From Candidatus Poribacteria bacterium (GTDB lineage Bacteria; Poribacteria; WGA-4E; WGA-3G), in contig OZ244048.1 in NCBI GenBank assembly GCA_965215265.1, positions 416,001 to 480,000 on the forward strand: DNA of 64,000 nucleotides, written 5' to 3'. Below the pieces are notes generated by a model. It searched no databases. It saw only the letters and a list, made by a program, of their open reading frames with translations, and had not been told where the DNA came from. Below, piece after piece: positions 10,701 to 17,308 of this stretch. Numbering within the stretch: the stretch's first letter is position 1; each line of letters opens with the position of its first letter. The position numbers and the translations under genes are program-made.

Positions 10701-11279
10701 AGCATCACAAATTTGACGTGTCGCCGATTCAAATAGCGCAGTTATCTCAGAGGCAGACGGCGAACCCCCATTTGCTACCATTTCTTTCAGGTTGTCGAGA
10801 ACCGCAGCAGCACCCCAATCGCCGTTTGAACGACTGAGCCCATGCTGCAGACCCCGCAGCAGACTACGCGTAAGCGGCGCACGTTCCCCCGAAATCAACA
10901 CAGGACAGAAACCAGATGACGACACCGCCCCCTTACCGTTTGCACCGACAGATACGAATCGCGCATGCAGCTCAGCATCACCCGCCTTCAGGATTTCTAA
11001 AGCCTGGCGCGCCGCGGAAGTGTCACGGGCACCGAGTAACTGTGCCGCAAAGAGTGCAAATGCCGACTTCCCCGAACCATACGGGCCCGTCAGAGACCAC
11101 GCCTTTGAACCACGTTCGTTTTCAAACGTAGAAACCACACGCCCCAACATATCCCGCGCACTCACAGTCAAAACGTACCCATCCAGAACGCTCTCCGTGT
11201 AGAAATCGCGCTCCAGATGCACCGAACGCCTAAAACGCCCCCTAATCTGAAAAATATCTGACAACAAGGTGTTACTCAT
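7800..11279 (-). CDS. sspC: Large P-loop ATPase (SspC/BrxC-like)
   Basis: 'FRRSVHLERD', Walker A GPYGSGKS, Walker B VVVDELGKFLE, PLHP, QNERSLF. Lies between DUF4007 and PAPS reductase, with an ATGA overlap with the upstream gene. Confidence 0.78.
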   Translation of the reverse strand: MSNTLLSDIFQIRGRFRRSVHLERDFYTESVLDGYVLTVSARDMLGRVVSTFENERGSKAWSLTGPYGSGKSAFALFAAQLLGARDTSAARQALEILKAGDAELHARFVSVGANGKGAVSSSGFCPVLISGERAPLTRSLLRGLQHGLSRSNGDWGAAAVLDNLKEMVANGGSPSASEITALFESATRQICDAGGSGLLVVVDELGKFLEYAADRPAQADIFVLQSLAELADRSTPAPFFLMTILHQAFEFYVERASRSQREEWAKVQGRFEDVVFTEPTEQVLRLISAALVRHPEVVVPPNLNNAIALGLKPRQLNEDEFILLLKSCLPLHPTVALMIGPLFRRFSQNERSLFAFLSSSEPHGLQDFLASESYDGEVLPLFSLAELYDYLHTTQGHRLYASHNGKKWVEIESALDCLSDPSPLALRLIKTIGLLNVVNTGIPELKASAQMLRYALDANGGGFEEALADLKRRSIVIYRRYNDTYALWEGSDIDIEVRLREAAAHIGSELVLAADLSRYTQPRPLVARQHLFETGTLRHFTVRYTNLENFEADLSEPFEDADGLILYTLPATQEQVDQFIEKACGMDSVAHAAVLVAIPRSIESLQEVVFELACLHWVAENTPELEGDAVARRELLLRQMEAERAVSGQLTEIFKGDKDRDKTCLWYHKGKPVESINSQRARNRYLSEICKQVYPGTPIIRNELINRRSISATAATARRKLIEAMLERSDMENLGINGYPAEMSIYRSVLESTGMHRKVSDMWGFCPPTEESLMPVWGEIDAFLEECEGERQPVVALYKCLEAEPYGVRNGLLPILLCAALLHYKSEIALYENGGFAPEWSVPLFERLLKMPQRFEIKRFRMTAIRGELFEQFLKVLRQSSEPGEPDLLTVVAPLMQFIAQLPDYTLKTEELSDEAKRLRTSVTNAREPDELLFGELPKALGFPVFSPEIVDSQVVSDFCSRLQEVLSELRQVYESLLNSIEQRLKTTFALEDEKELQRVLVRRAEPLLEITVGGRLNGFLRRVCDGKLRNRTDWLEAVALYVANKPPRSWNDEDNALFEMNLSTLARQFHHFEAVSYEEQACRQPSSSEPVRVGITRPHQAEQERVVTLPSAADKQASEIEKAIDEVFKQFGMGTDTLELRVAIFARIAQKWMQQLQE

Positions 11280-12268
11280 TCTTCCCCTTCTTTGTCATAA
11301 TACTGCTTTAAAAGTCGCATCGACTCTGAATCACACCGACTATCGCGATGGAAAAGTCGCATCGACTCGGAACCACACCGACTATCGCGATGGAGCTGCT
11401 TTAAACCTGCAGTATCATCATATCGCAGTACACCCGCGGTAAGTTCTTCAAGCCTATCGAGATACAGAGTCATCGTGTCTTCATCTATTCTGAAAATTCG
11501 TCCCGGACTTAAGGGTTCATACATCAGCTCTTGGAAGCGCAATGTGTTCGCTGCAGAAAAACGTTTATCCCAAAACGCAATCAGCGTCGCCGTAAAGAGC
11601 TCGACCGGTAAAGTCTCTTTTCTCCCACGCTGGAACTCATAGCCCGCACCCTCCGGCAACTCACCGATTAAGTTGAGCTCAACAAGCGGACAAGCAAAAG
11701 TCTCCTCAACTAAGGCAGCGTTAAAACTATCAGGTGAAGCGCAATACGTCCGAATAAAACAAGTCACATCGCGCCGAAATGTATTGTCAGAAACAGGCCG
11801 CTTCGATACCCGCTGCTGCGATGCCCACTTCGACAATTCCGTTATAAAGGTGTCAAATGTGAATCGATTCTCCTTAAAAATGTTAAATGCCCAATACCAC
11901 GTAGTAGCCTGGTTGATATGAGTTGCAATCTGCCAATGAATGAACCACAGAGTAGCAGGGTCATCGAGGTACGGATCAAATCCGTCTTTCCCAAAAAAAG
12001 CCTCGCCGAGCTCTGTTGGCACAAATACCCCGGGTTGACGTGATACTGTCTCAATAAGTCCAGATACTCTGCACCAGTACCGAATAGAATCCACCATGTT
12101 TTTTCCGACACCTAAAGTGACGGAAGCCTCCTGCGATGAAAAAACATCCGGATCCTCGATTACCGCATCGACACCTTTCTTCAACCACATGTATCGCATC
12201 GGAAACGTCTGATGGCCTGAAAAGGACAGATTTCTTACTTGTGAAGGGTTGAAGCGTAGGTTACTCAA
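11276..12268 (-). CDS. sspB: DUF4007 family protein (SspB-like nickase)
   Basis: FSGHQTFxxRxxWLKKG, LGVGKNMVxSIRYW and DPYLxDxxTLWxIHW are DUF4007 hallmarks. TTG start. Confidence 0.85.
   Translation of the reverse strand: MSNLRFNPSQVRNLSFSGHQTFPMRYMWLKKGVDAVIEDPDVFSSQEASVTLGVGKNMVDSIRYWCRVSGLIETVSRQPGVFVPTELGEAFFGKDGFDPYLDDPATLWFIHWQIATHINQATTWYWAFNIFKENRFTFDTFITELSKWASQQRVSKRPVSDNTFRRDVTCFIRTYCASPDSFNAALVEETFACPLVELNLIGELPEGAGYEFQRGRKETLPVELFTATLIAFWDKRFSAANTLRFQELMYEPLSPGRIFRIDEDTMTLYLDRLEELTAGVLRYDDTAGLKQLHRDSRCGSESMRLFHRDSRCDSESMRLLKQYYDKEGEE
11310..11393. repeat. 42-bp in-frame tandem duplication at the 3' end of sspB
   Basis: Two near-identical copies (11310-11351, 11352-11393) encode HRDSRC(G/D)SESMRL twice. 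Confidence 0.9.
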
Positions 12269-12594
12269 ATTTTGCCCCCAAAAATGTACAAATCCTCAGC
12301 ACATGCAGCCCTGGGGGCAAAAAATTGAGAATAAGCGATAGAGAGACGGTACAACAAAAACAGCCCGCAGCCGGTGCCATCAACCAATATGACACACGAG
12401 CGCACGGACAAAAAATCGGCAAATGCCAATAACGTTTTACTTAATAAAATACTTAACGAATGTGAATTGGGGGGGGGGTCGTGGCCTGTTAAACCTTGTG
12501 TACGAGAGGGATCTCGTGGAATTAACGACCGACAGCAATTGCAACCGGACGCTGGTACTGTTTTAAATCTAGGACTAATATGTTTATTCTTCAT
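12265..12594 (-). CDS. Putative leader ORF containing a C10 tract, translationally coupled to sspB
   Basis: Lies between the promoter and sspB; its TGA overlaps the sspB TTG (TTGA). The tract is at 12469-12478. No recognisable domain. Confidence 0.5.
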   Translation of the reverse strand: MKNKHISPRFKTVPASGCNCCRSLIPRDPSRTQGLTGHDPPPNSHSLSILLSKTLLAFADFLSVRSCVILVDGTGCGLFLLYRLSIAYSQFFAPRAACAEDLYIFGGKI

Positions 12595-12694
12595 CTACTT
12601 TACCGGTTAGATGTGAGGGAGTATAACTTAAACCAGAATGGAAAATAATTGAGATAATACACATTTTTCTGTTCTTCGGGTCATATTTACCTAT

Positions 12695-12723
12695 ATTATA
12701 CCTTAAACTGCAAATCTGTTCAA
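12695..12723 (-). promoter_or_regulatory. Sigma70-type promoter for the leader-ssp-pbe operon
   Basis: Minus strand: TTGAAC - 17 nt - TATAAT. Confidence 0.7.
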
Positions 12724-12785
12724 ACTATTTCCCGGATTTGTCACGTTTTGTTTTATTATATGAATTATCAAATTCTTGTGCGATT

Positions 12786-13652
12786 CTAGCCTTTAAACAC
12801 CTCTCTTAGGTGCCAATCTATAAATTCTTCGTTCGGGTAATCCATCTGGCTATGAGGAAAACTAATTTCTTTTCCGTGGAATCTCATTAGCCATTCTTCA
12901 AAACCGGCTGACCCGTCTGCATCCTCAGATACCACTATTGTCAACTCCTCGGACAATGCAAAGGCCCCCCGGTCGAACAACTTATGATGTAGCGAGCAGA
13001 GAGCCATGCCATTCTCTGCTATATCCGGTCCATCCGCCATGCGCCATTTGATATGAGCCGCCTCTAAAGCGACAGGACGAGCTCGTAACGTTACATTAAA
13101 TCCACAAATCGCACACTCGTGGTTATAAGCATCGAGGATACGGTGCCGGAATTTAGGATCACGGGGCTGCCAGAACGATCCGAAAGATAGTTCAATGCCG
13201 ACAGCTTGTAAAATATCTTCATGGTATGAGATTGGAAAATGAGAAGCTAGCAACCGCCCAGTTATTTCAAAAACTAAACCCAAATCGCTTTTAAGTTTTT
13301 CGGCAATCGCTGCCGGAAAGCTACCGACACCGTACTCCCTCAAATCGGTGACGTACGCATCTCCACTAGCAGTCTGCTGAATTCTATGTGCATCGGATAC
13401 TTGCCAGATGTCGTCGTTTTGCAACCGCCAAAATGGCTGCTCAGGGTGATACCTTTGGCACCACGGTCCAAACTCTTTTAGTAAGTCCTTGAGTTCCTTT
13501 TCAGCTTCTGCAAATGGGATGTACTCAGTTTCGCTGTTCAGCAATTTGCCTATCGCATAAAGTAGCAGCAACGGCTTATGAGGCGCTCTTTCGCCGCCGC
13601 TTTTCCATACATTCAAGTCCTGAAATTTCTGAATAATTGATTCTCTGTCCAT
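12786..13652 (-). CDS. Sulfur-binding-domain (SBD) HNH endonuclease, phosphorothioate-DNA-dependent restriction type
   Basis: SBD motifs RAPHKPLLLL and PFWRL; C-terminal CAIC...LEAAHIK...NGMALCSLHHKLFDRG. Confidence 0.85.
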   Translation of the reverse strand: MDRESIIQKFQDLNVWKSGGERAPHKPLLLLYAIGKLLNSETEYIPFAEAEKELKDLLKEFGPWCQRYHPEQPFWRLQNDDIWQVSDAHRIQQTASGDAYVTDLREYGVGSFPAAIAEKLKSDLGLVFEITGRLLASHFPISYHEDILQAVGIELSFGSFWQPRDPKFRHRILDAYNHECAICGFNVTLRARPVALEAAHIKWRMADGPDIAENGMALCSLHHKLFDRGAFALSEELTIVVSEDADGSAGFEEWLMRFHGKEISFPHSQMDYPNEEFIDWHLREVFKG

Positions 13653-13727
13653 TTTCTATCTTCTTAGCTATAGAAGAGTTCCATTTTCTCTCTGCTGCGA
13701 ATCAGGATGCGATATAAACAAAGAAAT

Positions 13728-14420
13728 TCAACTTGTAAAAGTGGAATTCTGCTCTGTTTTATCTTCAATTTCCAGGAAATCCTCGTGCCTTTCTTCCAAG
13801 AGATTCGCTAACGCTTCTTCCATGGAATCCTCGGATGCTTCAGCATGATTCATCACAAATTCCCATGCAATATAGTAGATATTATCTAAGTCAAAATCTG
13901 AGGGGTGGTAACGGTCGAAATGAGCGATATCACAAGTATAAAGAATTTCCCCTACGTAATCAACCGCTCCATCGGGGAGTTCTGCGAGCATCTGTGCGGT
14001 TGTTACATCGTCCACCTTTATCTCGTATTTTTTGCTAATGTACTGTTTAATGACACGCGCAATTATTTTGTGGTATTCGGCAATTGCATCCTTCTCACGC
14101 AGGGCATAAGCATCTTCAAGCTGGCTGAGTGCTTGATCTTCAAAGGGCTTGCCGTCACCCAATGTTAGCGGACTTCTGCGCCGCTGCGGATTTGGCTGTC
14201 CCTTGCTTACCGTTCGTGCTCTTCTTGGACTTTGCGGGCTTCTATGCACGTGCTGAAGCTTCTCACGGTGCGCTTGCCGGTTGCGGCGGACACGCGAGCG
14301 AAGAACCAGCGCACCTGCCGCGAGAATGATGAGACACGCTGGTAAAACAACCCACAAAAGAGTGCTGACGATATCCATGAGTTGATATGGACTAGCACGG
14401 AGTCCAGCCGCGTTCTCCAT
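13728..14420 (-). CDS. Hypothetical single-pass membrane protein
   Basis: ATG 14420 with an AGGA RBS, a TM segment, a basic linker and a helical domain 'YHKIIARVIKQYI...TTAQML'. The 5' extension in the ORF track overlaps the upstream gene. Confidence 0.6.
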   Translation of the reverse strand: MENAAGLRASPYQLMDIVSTLLWVVLPACLIILAAGALVLRSRVRRNRQAHREKLQHVHRSPQSPRRARTVSKGQPNPQRRRSPLTLGDGKPFEDQALSQLEDAYALREKDAIAEYHKIIARVIKQYISKKYEIKVDDVTTAQMLAELPDGAVDYVGEILYTCDIAHFDRYHPSDFDLDNIYYIAWEFVMNHAEASEDSMEEALANLLEERHEDFLEIEDKTEQNSTFTS

Positions 14421-14544
14421 CTGGTTTCCTACGGTTTGCGAGAGAAACCCAACAGTTCCAAAATAGCCGGTGGAAGATCGGCTTTTGCGTGTCTCGCTGT
14501 TTTGTATCGTGCTTGCCAGAGTTGTGCCACACGCAAAAACTCGC

Positions 14545-16056
14545 CTAATCTTCATGGCATAGCCCATATTCTTTTGCTTTCCTTTGAATGGTTCGGCGGC
14601 TGATTTGCAAAATTTTCGCCGCTTTCGCTTTGTTATTCTCTGCATATTCAAGTGTGGCACGAAGAGCCTCGCGGCTAATTTCGTCAAGTGACATGCCGAC
14701 CTCCACATTAATGCGCGGCACAATGCTGCTGCTCGAATCTAACGTCCGAAGCGTCGGTAAGAACGGCATCTCTGAGACACCTTGATCTCCCTCAAAAAGC
14801 GGAGGAACCTTCTGATTCAGCGCAATGCTGCTTTCAGGTTCATATTGGGAAGACTCATGTTCCGCTAAGGTCTTCTCAAGGATGCGCTCAGGTAGTTCAG
14901 CCTGTTGTATCGCTGACTGTGTAGACATAACCACAAGCCCCTCAATACAATTTTTCAATTCTCGCACATTTCCAGGCCAGTCGTACTTCATTAACGTTCT
15001 AATCGCCGGGGTTGTCATCTTCATCAAAGCTTTTCCGTTTTCCCGACAAAATTCTGCGAGAAAATCTTTGACGAGCAGCGGAATATCTTCTACCCGTTCT
15101 TTAAGTGTCGGGAGGTTAATCCGGATAACGTTGAGCCTGTCGTAAAGATCTGGGAGGAACGTGCCGTTTTGGCATGCCGACTCCAAATCATGGTTCGTTG
15201 CACAGACGACCCGCACGTCAACTTTAATCGTTTTACTCCCGCCCATCCGTTCAAATTCTCGTTCTTCGAGGACACGCAGCAAACGTGCCTGATTGGATAA
15301 ACTGAGTTTCGAGATTTCATCCAAGAAGAGCGTGCCACCGTGTGCAAGCTCAAACCTGCCTTTGCGTTGATAATAAGCCCCGCTAAACGAACCACGTTCA
15401 TGACCAAAAAGTTCGGATTCCGCAAGGTTCTCGTTGAGCGTCGCACAGTTAAAAGCGATGAGCGAACCACGCCGCAAACTGCGATGATGAACCGCACGAG
15501 CAACGAGCTCTTTACCTGTCCCACGCGCACCGTAGATAAGCACCGTCGCTTTTGTCGGCGCGACTTGCGTCACCATCTCACGGATCCTGATGATTTGCGG
15601 GGACTGACCGGTCAGACGCCGTAAGCCCTCATTTTCGTCTATTTGCGATTGCAACTGGCGGTTCTCAAACTTTAGACGTTGACTTTGGAGCGTTCTCTGC
15701 AGCAGCGCCCTCAGGTGAACAGGATTCACCGGCTTCGGCAGAAAATAGGTCCCTTCATGCACTGTCATCGCTTTGATGCCGATATCAGTCTCCAAAATAT
15801 TGGAAGCCGTGATGAAAATCACACCTATATCCGGATGGTGCTGCATCGCCGCTTCTAACAAACTTAACCCATCAATCCGTTCCGCTTTCAGTGTCGCAAT
15901 CAGGATATCCGTTTTCAGATGCTCAAGCTGATAAAATGCTTGATACATGTTGCTCGTCACAACTAAATTGAGCCCCTCTTCACCGAGCGTTTGGCAGACT
16001 AGCTCGCGTTGCCGTGGGTCGGCATCTACAATCAGCACGGTTTTCTGTGTATTCAT
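14545..16056 (-). CDS. Sigma54-dependent (NtrC/Fis-type) transcriptional regulator with atypical receiver domain
   Basis: Receiver domain; AAA+ GARGTGKE, ESELFGHERGSFSGA, GTLFLDEI, WPGNVRELKN; Fis-type HTH. Confidence 0.92.
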   Translation of the reverse strand: MNTQKTVLIVDADPRQRELVCQTLGEEGLNLVVTSNMYQAFYQLEHLKTDILIATLKAERIDGLSLLEAAMQHHPDIGVIFITASNILETDIGIKAMTVHEGTYFLPKPVNPVHLRALLQRTLQSQRLKFENRQLQSQIDENEGLRRLTGQSPQIIRIREMVTQVAPTKATVLIYGARGTGKELVARAVHHRSLRRGSLIAFNCATLNENLAESELFGHERGSFSGAYYQRKGRFELAHGGTLFLDEISKLSLSNQARLLRVLEEREFERMGGSKTIKVDVRVVCATNHDLESACQNGTFLPDLYDRLNVIRINLPTLKERVEDIPLLVKDFLAEFCRENGKALMKMTTPAIRTLMKYDWPGNVRELKNCIEGLVVMSTQSAIQQAELPERILEKTLAEHESSQYEPESSIALNQKVPPLFEGDQGVSEMPFLPTLRTLDSSSSIVPRINVEVGMSLDEISREALRATLEYAENNKAKAAKILQISRRTIQRKAKEYGLCHED

Positions 16057-16312
16057 TTTTTCTCACTACCTTCTTGATAAACAGCATAGCAAATTACGGG
16101 GCGTTGAGCATGCTGTAGAACGCTTCCCCCTTATTTCCAGAAAACGGACGGAAGAGATAGGGCATGCAGGGATGTCAGCATCTTGCCGGTAATTTGCGCT
16201 AAAGCACGGACCCATAATCTCAATCGCAACAAAAAACCGAGGTAATTCGGTAGCAGTCCTATAAATTCACTTTTGTCCGTTAAGAAATCTAACAGGCTGA
16301 ATGAACGAGTCA

Positions 16313-16755
16313 TCAAGCTAACTTTTTCCGGATGAGCCCACTCATTAAAAGGTTATCTGCCTTACCTCACACTTGAGGAGTTAAAGCAAACATCACCTTA
16401 CCCATATCTCTCATTGAGGTAGGACAGAGCTCGTCAATAACTTTTTTAGCGAGTACGGCAATTTCGGATTCCGAGAGCTGCCCCTGAAGAAATACTCCAA
16501 AACCTAAATTTGCTCGGATTTCCTGGCTATTAGTTGCGTTCAACCCCTGTTTTTTTTACTGTGCCAAGACCTCTTTGCACTTCTTTACTTGGTTAACTAT
16601 GATTTCCAGAATGCCGTTATCATCAAGTTTGACCACTTTTCAATCTCTTTATCCGGGATTGCACCGCGGATCGTCCGGATTGCGAAAAGTCGCAGTTTAT
16701 CACGTGCATTCATGACTCCTTTCATTTCTTCATTCAGTGTGTCATGAAGCGTCAT
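16313..16755 (-). pseudogene. yqeY: Degraded GatB/YqeY-domain protein gene
   Basis: Manual translation across frames: MTLHDTLNEEMKGVMNARDKLRLFAIRTIRGAIPDKEIEK / KLDDNGILEIIVNQVKKCKEVLAQ* / QLSESEIAVLAKKVIDELCPTSMRDMGKVMFALTPQV*GKADNLLMSGLIRKKLA*. Confidence 0.8.
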
Positions 16756-17308
16756 CAGGCATTACGCCAAAATTTTATGTTTCATAAATTATAACCGATA
16801 ACTCCGTTATGAGTCAATAGAAAATTTACGCGCACTTCCTCTATTTTTTCTAGCAGATTTACGAGAAACGGGTTTTCGTGGAAGTTGATTCTTTTTTGAC
16901 ACGTTTCCACAAATCTAGAATACTGTGAGAACCGGCCATCGTGCCAATGCTATCCGAGCCGAATTTACCGGAACCCCTCAACGAAAGAGCAGAATACGTC
17001 GACAGATGTGTTAGTCGATACTGTCCCCCATTTCGCAGCTCTCTTGCGCCGCGCGGACTCACAGCTTTTCTCATACACAGACTCCGCCATCGTCCCCAGA
17101 CGCAACTCACAAAAAAAGTGCCGCTAAATCAGACTCCCATACATTTTTCTTACAATTTTTTTAAAAATATGATATATTAATGTGAACATCATAAAAATCT
17201 GCCTGACAATGTTGCAAACCTGCTTATCAGAGGAGACAACCGCATGCACAATAAACTCACAAAGCCCAGCCTCGTCCCTCAACCGCATGGCCCCAGAGGA
17301 GCAAACGC

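Noticed and set aside
14421-14723. N-terminal extensions in the ORF track (also 7790-7906, 31555-31752, 42537-42638, 61199-61258)
   Set aside because: They overlap neighbouring genes or repeats, and better RBS-supported starts lie downstream.
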